Source: Camelus ferus (Eukaryota). Taken from it: a stretch of DNA of 64,000 nucleotides. The DNA is taken from positions 96,102,001-96,166,000 of the forward strand of contig NC_045696.1 of NCBI RefSeq assembly GCF_009834535.1, read 5' to 3'. A model generated the notes under the pieces. The model did no database searches, had not been told where the DNA came from, and saw nothing but the letters and a program-made list of their open reading frames with translations. Below, piece after piece: positions 25,401 to 39,925 of this stretch. How positions within the stretch are numbered: position 1 is the stretch's first letter; each line of letters opens with the position of its first letter. Position numbers and translations under genes: made by a program.

Positions 25401-28400
25401 GGCAGGGGTTGGGGGAGAAGCGAGCAGAGACAGTAATGGGGATAAATACGCCATCAAATGATGGACATACACTCTCCATAATTAATAAAGGACCAGACAA
25501 GTCAAAGTCACAAAAGTGAGGGAAGGGACAGTTAACAACAGGGGCCATCAACAGTGTTGAATACGGTTAAGAAATTACAATGGACGCTGGCCTCTCTGAC
25601 TTGTTTCTAAAAAAAACAAACAACAACAACAACAAAAAAACCCACGTGTGAACCTCAAAAGAGAAGTTTCTCTAGAGTGGGAGGGCAGAAAGCAGGAAAC
25701 AGGAGGCTGAAGTAAGAGTAGATGGTGAAATGGTGAAGGTGGGGGAACTAACCTACACTTACTAATAGCTGGGTATGAAGAACAACAGCTTGAGAGGAAA
25801 GAGAAACTATTAGGATAATCAAGGACAAACTCTTGTTTCAAAGCTAAGTTTCAAATAAGAGCATCTCCGTAAAGGAAATCCGGACTGCAGGGCAGATAAC
25901 TAACAAAGGAAATGGAAAACAATGCCCTCTTGTCTGGATTAACTTCAAAAGAAAGACAAGAACATCTTTCTACTTAACCACAGAGGAAAGAGAAAATTGG
26001 TGACAATACAGGGAAGTCTGGAGGTAAAGAAGCGAGGACCCTGAAGGCGGGTATGTCAGTTCATTGGCCCTGCTGTGCTCAGGGAACTGGGCCAGAAGCA
26101 AAGTCATGAGGTGAGAATAAGGGAATGGAATTAAAAAGCAAGAGAAGCATGCAGTTAGCTGGGAAAAAACAAACACTGGTCAACCTCTATATGGGATGTA
26201 AAGACTGTTTCTGATAGTTAACATTTTTTTAGGGAAACCATGGTAGCTGTTACTAGTATTCACAGAGGAAAGGCGAACAGATTTTAAAAGCAACTGTATT
26301 TCAATAGACTACAAGATTGGCTTCTATCAATATTTTGTGCATGTAGAAAATGCAGAAATCTTCAAATAGCAACTTATGCAAGAGAATAAGGTCAATCTCA
26401 AAAAATGGGCCAAATATTCCCAAAGGTACCAATGAGTGTTCCCTTTCAACTAGGTATTAAAACACCCTCAAGTTACATAGTTGTAAAAGATCAGTACCAA
26501 AGAATTGCTCTCTTGTTGATACCCCAAAGGACACATGTGTTGGGCAGAAGAGTCCATGGAAGTCTAGAGACCCCTCTTGTGCTAGCCCACTGCTGTCTTT
26601 GGGTTAAACAGATCATCTACCCTGTAAGCTGACTTCTGAAATTTTCATCCTCCAGATCAACTACTTTCTTCCTTGAGATAATATGTCACACTCACAAATG
26701 CTTAACTGATGTTTAAAAAAATTAGGAGGATACACATCCAGAAAGTCTAGAAAGTTTGTCGTACAATAGAAATTAAAGGTCTCTTGAGCCATATGTCCTG
26801 AGAAGGGAAAACTGGAGTTAACTGAATTGAAGTCTGATATTAGTCCCTTCCTTTCTTTAAAATAAGTGACTAGGAATGTTGCCAAAACTTACATGTGTAT
26901 TCACAAAGATATGATAACGGTGGTGAGACTATTAGAGCTTCCATTCACCTTCAATCATTATTCCTTTTAGCTGAAGCTTTCAATATACCACATGATTCTG
27001 TGTAGAAGAAAATAAATTCAAGTAAACGTGTGGGGAGCTGTGTGAAAGGAACAAGGAAATTTGCAGCCTCTTCTCATTATTAGTAACTATACCTGACATG
27101 GAGTAATTTTTCTTTACATCAAGAAAATTAGAGACCACTTTAATTAGATTTGTATAGTAAGTCTTTGTTCTACAACAGCTTATAGTTCACAGCATGACTG
27201 GAAATCAGGCCTTTATCCAACAAACTCAGCAGCCTCGGGGCATAGTGGCTGTGAAGCAGTTTAACTATATAAACTAGTCCTCTGCTTTCAAGCAAAACAT
27301 TCAAGGATGACAAATACCTGGATCATCAGAGACAGAATTCTTTTTTTTTGCTAAATGCCTCAATGCCCAGGACTCCTAACTTTTGGAATTTGTCTTGTAT
27401 CTAACCTAAATTTCTATCCTGTAACAGGTAAAGCCAAGCTAGATGACATAAAAACTGTCTTTAAATGCATGTGCTCAATCAAAACATTCACTAATGTCAA
27501 AATGACCACATTTCAGAACAATAAAACGTTAAAACTAAAATGGCCTAAGAGCTAATCCGATGGCTTAATTACCTCTCCAACCTCCTGCCTCAACTTGGTT
27601 TCACAAGGACCACAGGCAGGGTCCTACCATTTCAGGGCACGGCCTTCTCCATTCAGAGTAATCCCATTTGAAGCAAATACATATTTTCAGATAAGCAGAC
27701 TACCTTTAGTAGACTGGATAAAATAAATAAACCAATTAAACCACTTGCAGGTGAAAATTCTAGGCTATGTAGCATTAGTTCACTTTTCTAGGTCATCTCA
27801 ATCTCAGACAATAACTAAATCAAAGCTAGTCCTATTCTTAACAGTAGCACATACAGTTACAAACTACATGTGGTGGTGGTGTTGACCGAGAGGTCAAAGT
27901 GCACAGCCTGCTCTACTTCTACTTGTATAATAACATATTTAGACAACCTCAGACAGCTCTCAAAGATTTTAGTCACTTGCACAGTCACATTTCTAAATGG
28001 TAATTGGCAGTCAACCTCCAATGAGATAATTCTATCACAGAAGGTTCACAGAGAGTTGTGAGTTAAAATCAGAGGCTGGAGAAAGTTAATTTAGATCAAT
28101 TTCATTTACCTCTCAAATCTGGAGTTACAGCCCTTTAGAGATTTGGACATATAAATTCTCCATAAAGTAGCATGACTCAAGTATCCTGATTTAGTGTTCT
28201 TTTAGCACGGCATATTAATTTGTTAAAAATAGTCTTTTTTTTTAATGAGCCTTATTTCATACAAAGATCTTAGAAACACTTCATAAACATCCTTTAAAGT
28301 TTACAATCTGGTGTAAAGGCAAGTAAGGCTCCTATTTTATTAAAGGAAGAGTAGCCATTCACCTCTCGCTCCTGGGCCTCAGGGTGGCGGTGGGGGCTGT

Positions 28401-28859
28401 GGGAGGGGTTGCAGAGACAGCGAGATTGGGTGGATTTTTATACGTAGTGGTCACAAGTGCAGGCTCTGGGATCAGACAGCAGGGCCTGGAATAGGGTCTC
28501 TAACTTCACTGCTCTGCTCCTCAGTTTCTGTCATCCGGAGAAGGGAAGTAAGATGAACGTCTGCTTCAGAGACTAGTTGAAATCATAAAATGAGTTAACT
28601 CATGGCAATATAAGAAACCAGATGTTGGCTATTACTACTCTGAAGTGTATGATGGCATAAAAGCTTTTTTAGGAACTATTTTGTGTATCTCCCAACCAAC
28701 AAATACATTAATTTTCCAAGAGTATTTCATCAGACTGACACCTCTAGATGACTAACAGATGGGAATTATCATGTAACTAAAATTTCCAACTGAAATCAGC
28801 TTAATTCATAGCTTGATTTCAAATTCGCAAAACCCACAAAATCCTCAGGCAGTGTAGAT

Positions 28860-29038
28860 CAGCAGTCTCCACACCGCAGTGTGCAGGAGCACCACTTGGA
28901 AGGCCCATTAATACACAGATGAGGGGTGCACCCCAGAGTTTCTGATCCACTGGTGCTACACTGGTGCCCAAGAAAGGGCACTGCTCGTGACTTCCTAAGT
29001 GAAGCTGAGCTGCTGTTCCGTACTTTAAAAACCACTGC
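28860..29038. mobile_element. MER5A-like DNA transposon remnant
   Basis: Begins cagcagtctcca, contains caccccagagtttctgat, ends ttaaaaaccactg (TIR-like ends). Confidence 0.55.
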
Positions 29039-29639
29039 TGAAGTATTTCTACAATAAGTTAGGTATGTATATCTAACGTAGACACAGACGCACCAAAAAC
29101 TCAGAAGAAACAAATAACCAAAACATATGTTCACAGCAAAGGCACCTACCCAAGCAGATCTACTGGTAACAGAAGGACATCACAGTTTAAAACATTGTGC
29201 AAGTGTGTACACGTCCGTGAGTGCCCACAACAATATTTATATAAAGGTAACAGTGATACAAGAATCCCTCCATTTAAAGATACATTTCCCCCAAAACAAA
29301 AGCGATGTCAAAAAAATAATAATAATTTGTTTATATTTAAATTCTATTAAGAAAAGCAAGAAAGACACAATATAATAAGCCTGGCCATGGCTACAACTGT
29401 TTTTCTTTTCTAATGTAATTTTAGAATCTTAAAATTTATAATAGGAGGAAATTGTGTGGCCTACAAAGAGCTGATCAAACACAGATTTAAAATAATGACA
29501 TTATTAACTAGGAAAAAAAACAAAGAGCAAGAGACTTAACATCCTTAACAAACACACATTTCAAGTTAATGCAATTACTTGTTCAAAGGTAATATATCAC
29601 CCAATGTTGAGCACAATGTGCTTTCAGGTAAATAACCAT

Positions 29640-29921
29640 CTAAGAAAGCAAGTTTGCAACCTTCTCCAGGAAGCAGATGTCGACAAAGGCTTGGTCTAAA
29701 CTTGGAATTATCATTTGCATGGGAAATAACCCAAAGAACTCACTAAGTATGAACTCTATGGCAGGTTTCAGTAAAAAGCCGCAAGATTTTAAACTGCTTT
29801 TTAAAAGATGACTTCTCACCCACCCTGCCCCACACTTCCCAGGGAAATAAAAGCAGAAGTCCTAAAAGCGGCCAGACGGAAATAGAGTGTCTGCATAGCT
29901 TTGAGTCCACGGCTCTTGAAG
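29640..29921 (+). promoter_or_regulatory. Probable proximal P2RY12 promoter / alternative first exon
   Basis: Octamer ATTTGCAT (29713-29720) and several ETS/PU.1-like cores (CAGGAAGC, AAAAGCAGAAGT, GACGGAAAT), followed by a donor-like AAG|GTAACT at 29921/29922. Function is inferred from motifs only. Confidence 0.45.
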
Positions 29922-29972
29922 GTAACTTCTGATTGTGAAGTCCTCTTCCTCTCTCCCTCCATTTCTCTCTAG

Positions 29973-30140
29973 AACACTCAAGACCTTACTGATGAAAACT
30001 CAGCAGATTCTCTGTCATAAAGAATCTTAACAACTAAACTAAGATATTAAAAGGAAAATACCAGATGCCTACTCTGCAGGCTGTGTTAACTACCATTTAC
30101 TGGACACATTCAAATCCTTCAGAATCAACAGAGTAACCAG
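29973..30140 (+). other. P2RY12: P2RY12 non-coding 5'UTR exon
   Basis: Pyrimidine tract ...ctccatttctctctAG before 29973 and donor CAG|GTAACT at 30140/30141. The sequence resembles the human P2RY12 5'UTR as recalled from memory. Confidence 0.8.
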
Positions 30141-31751
30141 GTAACTTTATATCTAGAAGTATTTGACAAGTATATGTATTTGCACTATGATGTGTGTGTA
30201 TATTTTTTTCAAGTTTTCTTAAAGTTGGAAATCTTTAATAACAATGTCAGTGCAAGCACTTACTTGGAATAAAAATGAAAATACAAGCGGCATTAATGGT
30301 GTCAAAGATAACACTTAACTTCTTCATCAAAAAAAAATTTGTGCAGAACATGGAAATAAAATTCAAATAGTTTTTACTTCTTTCACCTTGAGTGTAAATG
30401 AGATTTAAATACAGGCAGAGGGAGCTGAAGTTCTCAGTATCAAGAATACTTGTTAAATAAGTTACAGCCTATGCAAAATGAGCGTTCCCAAAGTAGAATT
30501 TCCAAAACTATCACAGAGTGTACAAGGGCAAGTAACAGTAGCAAGGAAGGTTAAATCAGGGAGCTTGCGTCAAATACTGGGGGGTCTGTTTAGATGTCTT
30601 TTTCAAAGTTAAACAGATGAGCAGGTATTGAATATTGAAGCCATACTGTGACATGAATCTAACTTGTTTTACCTTCAATAATTAAAGGATGGAAAAAAGA
30701 ATTCCACTGACATTTTGGAGAATTTAATGCCATTTCTGTACTATTTAAATCCTTTACATGGAAGCATTTTTTAAGTTTACATATTTGTATTTTTAACATT
30801 ACTGTGTCTTTCTTTAGAAATAATATTTTATGTAGAATCAATTCCATTGGTCCAATGAAATAAAATTTTACAATTTTTCATTTTAAATTTCAAAACTTAG
30901 ATGCTAGATAATGTGTTCAAGTCAAGTGTTAGTTTTCTTTATAGCTGCTTATTGTGGTATAACAACCTATGGAACTAGACAAGGACATGATTTTAGTGTT
31001 TTTAGTCACCATTAAACACTCTAAAAACCTAGAAAGTATGCCTGGGCTGTTTTGAGGAATGCCATCTGTGACTACATGCTGAATCCATTTCCTTATTTTT
31101 TATTTTTTTACCATTTAAAAATTTGCACTAAATGATATTCAAGAAAATGCGTGTAAAACCTTCAAATACACTGAGCAGAGGTGGAAATGAGTTATACATG
31201 GGTTAAAATATTTGGAGCTAACGAATATTCTCTGTGAGGCCAATTTTCGTATGGATTGATGAGTAATACAGGAATATAATTCCTCCCAATTACAAAGGAA
31301 AAAAATTTGTTTTTTATTTAACAATAAATTTCTCATGAGTGATTTTATACAAATTTCTTTTCACTTGTTATTTTAAAATTCTAATAGGCAATTATCAGTC
31401 GCTTCTCCTTAGTACCCTTGGAAGGTACCAGAGTAAATGAAGTCCAGGAGTAAGGATGGTGTCGGAAAAGTGACTATCAATAGAACCAAAAAAGTTAAAG
31501 GCATGGAAATGAAGCTGGAGAAGACTAAACCATAGTCCAAATATTTCTCTTCTAGTTTTTCTGCGTGTGCACTTTTGCCTAAGGTCGGAAATGTCCCTTT
31601 TGAGGCAAACATTCAAAAACTAAGAAATGCAAGGATCCATAACTTCATATAACGTACTTCAGATTATTTTACTTTGCTACAGATAGAATATTTGCCACAA
31701 TGAAATATTTTCAGATTTAATTTTCTGTGTTCTTACTGACTGCCACAGTGA

Positions 31752-32906
<1,155 letters not shown>

Positions 32907-35176
32907 ATAAACTGAGGTAATACTTCAATCTGTTACTATTAACACTGACTATGGATTAGCTGAGTTAGTAACAGTAACTCTTGAAACAAATCATAGAAGA
33001 CTACAGAAACAATTTTCACTTACTGGTCCAGTATTTGAAAGCAATCTTAAAGTGTAGGAAGATAACCTAACATGTAGTCGTATAGCAAACCAAACTGCAT
33101 CCAATCACTATACCATGTGCAAAACTACACAGGAGTCATGACCTGTAGAGCTTTGGTACAATGGGTAACCATACAACAATATCTACTGTAATTCTTTAAA
33201 TACATTACTGATCACAATGCCATTATCAACTTATAATCAACTGAGAAAGAATGATAAATCGGATAAAAATCTTCTAAGTATATTATACGTATACATACTT
33301 ATACATGTGTATATATATACCCCAGACCCCTAACCAATGCTGACCTATGGTGATACTCATAAAAATTTAAGTAAGTGGGACACTCAGAGAGCAGTAACTA
33401 CTAACTTGTAATTATAAGCAAAAACCTAAGGGATTTAAACTAATTGAAATGGCAGTTGATTAGACTAATTTTTTTTTTCATTAAGAAGATAGAGGCTTAA
33501 AAACTTCCTTTCCAAAAAAAGAGCACAAATAGCAAAGTTATTAGAAGTTATTTTATGACACCCTAATACCAAAAACTTGTATTTCCTTAACACTAGAGAA
33601 AACCAGTTTACTAATATTTTGACAACTTTAGTAAATACAATGCCATTATTAACACCTATCTTTATTAACTAGCTTCTAGAAACTACCTGTGACTTAGGTT
33701 AATGAACATTTCCCCTAAGAGAAAAACAAATTAAATATGATTATGCAGTTGTATAGCATAACTATTAACAGGAAAGTGATAAAAATGTTTGAAATTATCT
33801 GTTTGTCATTTGTGCGTATAACAAAAGATTTACATTAAACTCTAAAAATACCCTTCGTTGGAATTTTTCTTTAAAGATATGAGATACCGTGACTCACCTC
33901 CTATATACTCCTTAGACCCATTTAAGAAAGAACAGTTGCCGACACCATCCTTTTTATTACAAGCTACTGGGCAGTCTCCTTTGAAGGTGACATCTTACAT
34001 CAATTAGTTCATATGTAAGTGAAAAAATATGTCAAACTTACAATGTAGCCTGACTTCACACAAGCCCTATTATTTTTAATGTAAACAAAATATATAACAC
34101 ACTTGGAAGTTGGCATCATTCATTTCAATTACTTTTGATCCTCAGAGGTCACTGCCAAACACAAGGCATAGATACCAACATCGAAACATAATGTGAGAAG
34201 ACATAAAAAGGGATTTTTACCCAAGCCCTCCACAAGTTGTGCTGAGTTAAATTTCAGTACAAAGTTGAACTCAGTTAACTCTCCAAAGGGTATCTATTCT
34301 TGAGCGGCCACATTTCCTTCTCGGGTGAGCACTGGACATTGGTGGTGATGCACACAGAGACAGGCATCAAAAAAGATGCATGTTCTACTGACCGCTGGGA
34401 CAAAAGCAATAGCCATTTCTGCCACATAGAGTAAGGCAGTTCACTCTAATGCCATATGAGTAAGTGTGCACATTCTGTAAGAATTCCAGGATACGTGAGC
34501 TAAAAGAGAAACTAAGGATCAACTCACCTGACCTGCTAATTTTGCACAGGGGAAAAACGAAGGGCAGACAGCCCCCCAACCCAGCCACGTTGGGGGCAGG
34601 GACTGGAGTAAGACCAGGCACATGTCAGGACCACATGAGGTGTCAGGAGACCGCCTGCAGAATGGGCAAAGGCTCCTGCATAATCTGTCATGTTAGATTA
34701 AACTTATTCACTGAGATAACAATTTCCACAAGAGAAAGAAAAAAATCAGAAAAGCTAATGGTAATACATACTTTTGTTGAAAAAGTTTGTAAAAAGTTCA
34801 GAATTATCTATTTTTATATATAATATGAAAAATTTACATTAAACTCTAAATCACACTCTGTTGGGAAGTTTTTATTTAAAGACATGAGACAGTGTATACT
34901 CCTATATCAAACATCAAAGTGAACCCTTAAGACAGATTGAGAGATCAGTATTTATGGAACACTCATTATACACAGCTCATGTCACTATCTCTAGCTTTAG
35001 GAATTTTAATATACACAATACAGCCCACATTTCACAGTAACTTCAGAGAGAGAGAGAAAAGAGAAACTAAACTTGGTAGACTCAGGTTCAGAAGATGAGA
35101 TAAACAAAATGTAATCTTGTCCACAGCCTTAGAGGCAAACAAGTCCTAAGGATGCTGGTTATTGCCAGTCTAGAGC

Positions 35177-35502
35177 AGCTGTACCAAACTCTAACCTGCA
35201 AGCCAAATCAAGCCCATCACCTGTTTTGTACAGCCTGTGACCTAAGAATGAATGGCTCTTACATTTTCAAATGTTTGTGGGAGAAAAATCAGAAGAATAA
35301 AATTTCACGTTGTACTAAAGTGATATGAAATTCAAGTTTCAGTGTCCATAAGGTTTTATTAGCACACAGCCACACCCACTCAGGTTTTATCTATGGCCGG
35401 TTTCTCGCCACAACAACAGAGTTGAGTAGCTGTGACGGAGATGCATGGCCACAAACCCTAAACATTTACTACCTGGCTCTTTAGAAAATTGACAGCCAAT
35501 GG
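35177..35502. mobile_element. hAT-Charlie non-autonomous DNA transposon, MER58-like
   Basis: gccaaatcaagcccatcacctgttttgtacagcctgtgacctaagaatg...gttttattagcacacagccacaccca...agagttgagtagctgtgac...aacatttactacctggctctttag. Flanked by CTAG-containing sites typical of hAT targets. Confidence 0.7.
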
Positions 35503-35799
35503 ACTAGAACTCTAAAAACAGAGAGAAAAGCCCCACAGAGGAAACGAACTCTTTGTTCAAGAATCTTGGTGCTTCAGAAGCTTTGCACTGAAAACACCTG
35601 CAGATTCCTGCGGCTGACCCAGGTGATCACTGTTGGCTAGTGATGCCCAAAGTGGAACTGCAATGATGCTGGCAAGAACAAAAGATCTGCAAATACACTT
35701 AGAAGCCACTAAGTAAAGAGGAACAGCCTGACTTCTTTTAAAAAATGAGGAAAGGGCAAGAAAAATCAATTTCCAGGAGAAATACAAACAGAACAAAAA

Positions 35800-36360
35800 T
35801 ATGAAAAGATACACAGCCTCACTAATAAACAAATTTATATTTACATGGCATGGCTTTTTTCATCTATAAGGTTAGAACTGATCTAAAAGAATTTTAGTAA
35901 TAGTGTTGGATAATCCCAGTCAGTGAGATTATAAATTGGTACAATCTTTCTGCAAAGCTTTTTGAAAATATCATTCAACAGTTCAATGCATAGATTTTTA
36001 CCCAGTAATCCCACTTCTAGAAAACTTCATATGAACATATGTTGGGGCAAGTACACAAAGGTGTATGGAGAAGTATTTGCTCTATAGTATGTTTTTAATA
36101 GCATGAAACTGGGGAGAAAACATTCACTGCCCATCAGTAACAGCTGAACTAAATAAACTACGGTAACTTTACATAGTACAACCTTTCTAAAAATAGCAAA
36201 TCTTGATGTATTAACATAGAATGAAACAAAGATCCAATATGCCAATAAATGTAAATATACATGTATTTGCCCACATTGGTATGCATGTAAGGGGGATTAA
36301 CTCTCACTTTCTACTATATATGTCTATATTTGAATTCTTTAAACATGTTTTCTTTTTATA
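35800..36360 (+). mobile_element. Old LINE-1 (L1ME-type) fragment
   Basis: ataaattggtacaatctttctg...ttttacccagtaatcccacttctagaaa...aactggggagaaaacattcactgcccatcagtaacagctgaactaaataaactacggta. Confidence 0.55.
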
Positions 36361-39329
36361 ATAAAATTATGAAACTGGACATTAACATAAATGTTTCAGA
36401 TAATAGTGTGAATTTCTTGTTTCCAGTAATATGAAGAGATTTTCCAATACAGAATTTATTTATATGCATAGGTCACTACAGTTAATGTTAAATTGCATAA
36501 CTTATTTTGTATTATTGCCACTTTTATAATCCACTGTGGGATTTTAAACACTTTCATATAATCTGAGAAAGTACCAGGGTACCCTTTAATAGGAAGTAAA
36601 AGGCTCTTCTATGAGTAAAGGAGTTCCCATTTTGACTTTCATTCCAAATGAAAGCAAATACTTCCTCATCTTTTCAGCTATTACTTACACAGTACTGGTT
36701 ACTACAGCAACAGGAACTTTATACTATTAACTCTGATCCAAAGGAAAATCCCGAAGAAGACTACGGATGCCAAAAGTCATTTATTCTCATTTGGCAGGCT
36801 TTTAATTTTTATGACTCTTCATTATATATTTCTCTACTGATCATACTACTATGAACCAATTTATGTTTTTAACCTGGGACCTCACTTTGACCCAAAGAGT
36901 TTCACAAGTCCATGAAACTTTAAGGTTGAGTGTACCTCCTCACTCATCAATTAGTAATACCCAGCTCAAAAACTCCAAAATTTGGTAAACAGTTCCACAT
37001 TCATCCTGTCTCTGGCTTGTGGCAAACAGATGAGAGAGAGGCTGGTTCTGAGCATGGGCTCTGGAACCAGAATGTATGGGTCTGCAGGGGGCTTTGGCTG
37101 CAGGACTTCGGGCAAACTGCCTAACCACTGTACTTCCATTTTCTCATCTGTAAAGTGGAGGGTTGTTGTAAGAATTAAATACAAATCACATTACCACTTA
37201 GAACAGTATAGCTAATGTGATTTTATTGGTTTTAACTATATTCCCCTTGAGTTTGATAGGATTTTAAATGTTTAGTTTAGGAGCTTGCCAAATCGGAATA
37301 ATTTCTAGGACCTTTCACTGTATCTTCTTTGATTCTCTCCTGTCTTTCAATGAGCTATCCACACAGATGTACACAAAGGTGTACACTTTTAATTTCATCT
37401 AACAAGAAGCTAACCCATACCATTTGACAGACATTATTCAAAGCACTGGGTAAACATTCACTCATTTTGTCCCCTTAACAACCCTATAAAGCAAATACTA
37501 CTACTTATTTTCATTGTTAAGAGGGGACGGTAGTTTCATTGGGAGCTTAAATAACCTGACCAAGGTCACAGGAAAAGTACAGCTGGAATGAGGACTTGAA
37601 CGCAGGCACTCTGGCTCCTGAGGCAGTGTCCCTAGCCCATCAGAGCCCCTAAGATATGCCATCAAGGGTGAAAGACCTTCAACGGTGGGTGCCGGCACCG
37701 CTCTGAACCAAAGGAAAGTTGGCTAACACGTATAAAGCACGGGGGTGTGAAGAGGTGAGTGATCTGCTGGATACCGACTATGGTCAAACATGCTAAAACC
37801 TATCCCGTGTAAAAGAAGATACTGCTGTAACTCTAGAAATGGTACCATGAACCAGTTCCTCTTTTGAGGTTTCCCACACTTTGGCATTTTGAAATTTGAC
37901 CAAAATGTGATTTCCAGTTTTCATGTTATGAAACTGTCTTGTATAGCATTTCCCTTGTTTAAACTGAAACTATCCTGAATTTTCATCTACATAATAGATT
38001 CGGAGCTGTCAGGAAATTTATACTTAACGGAATAGGTCCAATCCCTTTACTTAATCTTTGTTGTTTGCTTGTTTTTACTCTCTACTAGAGCAAATAAAGA
38101 GATATATTATGTTCTAAATTATGTTCCATTAACATTGATAAAATCCAGAATCTGTATTCCAAGAATTGACTTACTCGAGTCAAACACCAGTTTTTCAAAC
38201 TGTGCCACCATTGGGTAGTTTCAACCAAAATTATTAAGCAGCCTATTGCCTCCTTTTAAAAAATGTCCAAGGGGATACGGAATTTTAAAATTCTCAGAAT
38301 TCCAAGCTAAGTCATCCAAAATTCTCTATCAAGTCAATCTCACAGTCTGGTCCAAAGTTGTGGTAAAACTTGCACGCGAGAAATCTGAAGTGAAACTCAC
38401 CATCAAGAACCCCACATTCCCTCATAAGATCTCCTGATTTCCTCTTTCCCTATACCTGTCTGGTGATGAAGCATTTCTTCATAGACAACAACTTTCTCTA
38501 TACAAAAGTGGCAATTTACATCCTTTCAAAGATGTTATAGAAGTGGACCCAAGGCTGACGGCGGAAACCCCTGAAGTCTTCAGCACTTTGCATATAATCA
38601 CAAATACAGAAGAGATTTCCAAAAATAGTTTTCTAATAAGTGAAACAGAATATCTCCATTTAAATCTGCAATTCACTGACCATAGCAGTGAGTGGCAAAC
38701 AGTTTTCCGTGCTTCATACGGAGCCAGCGCCTTCCAGGCACTTTCAGCCTCTCGACAATGCTATGAGATATATACTATCATTAAGCCCACTACACAGGGA
38801 GGAAACTGAAGCACAGAGCTACACAATCATATGTCTTATTATCGAGTACCCAAAAAGGGGGTGAATCTAGAATTCTAACCCCCAAAACCTGGGTCTAACA
38901 GCTCTCAACTCTTAGAAAATACAACATTTTATCTCTCAGAGATTGAAAGACCAAAAGACTAAGATAAATGTCTACAGAAATAATCCACCCACCCCCTAAC
39001 AAACACAAATTTCTGGAAAAAGCAGTCTATAAGGATGCAGGGTGATAATTCTGTCTGATTTTAGAGTTAACTCTTATTCTCCTATAATTTGAGGCTATTT
39101 TCTTTATATTTCTCCTTCCTATTATTATATACAAGAGGTACTAAAAATTTCATTGAACTTGTATACAAAGAAGATAAACTACACAAAAGTTATTATATGA
39201 GAAAATATAAAAATAACTGCACTGATTTAGTCAAGCCATAATAGATTAACAGGACATAAATTTGAAATATAAGATTTCTTATTAGAAAATCCCCCAAAGG
39301 TTTGCATATGAAGATGTTCTAATGGGTCA

Positions 39330-39375
39330 CACTGTACACGTGAAAATGAGGAAGGAAACTTGGTATAAGAAAGCA
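39330..39375 (+). promoter_or_regulatory. P2RY13 core promoter: E-box, PU.1-like site and TATA-like element
   Basis: CACGTG (39337-39342), AAATGAGGAAGG (from 39344) and TATAAGAAA (39364-39372) sit immediately upstream of exon 1. Consistent with the known myeloid expression of P2RY13. Confidence 0.55.
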
Positions 39376-39389
39376 GAACGATATTTGCC

Positions 39390-39465
39390 TCACACAATCT
39401 TCATGAGCTGAACTAATGACCACCTCGATCTGAAGACACTGAGCTGAGTACCCTCCCCAACAAAG
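39390..39465 (+). other. P2RY13: P2RY13 first exon (non-coding here; 5' end approximate); intron 39466-39910
   Basis: Donor AAAG|GTGAAT at 39465/39466 and acceptor tttgtgtttatttgtaacAG|ctgacactgg at 39910/39911. Resembles the human exon 1 encoding MTAAIRRQRELSILPK (from memory). Confidence 0.75.
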
Positions 39466-39925
39466 GTGAATTTCAATTGTTATTATGAGTGGCTTGCTTC
39501 TAAATGATGGAATATGTTCAAGGGGGAAAAATGCTTTAAGGTTAGCATTCTAAAAACCAGATTATGAGCACAGGAAATTATATAACGTATAGCAATCTGA
39601 CATGAATAATTGCCTCTTAAACAGGTTTTGTTTTACTGCCATGTTAAAACTAACACTTGTGAATGGGGTAGAACCTGTTATTTGGATTTCATAAGGCTAT
39701 GAAAGTAATGGTACTGCTACAAGTGCCAAAAACATTCTATGTGCTTTAAAAATTCTAGCCAGAAACATGTGCCTTCTCAACTGATTTAATATGATGAATA
39801 AATGTAACATGTTAACATGCTGCAAACCTGAAGTCTATTTTTAACAAGTAGCATTTTGAAATCATGAGATGCTTCTTGTTTGCCTTTGTGTTTGTGTTTA
39901 TTTGTAACAGCTGACACTGGAAACC

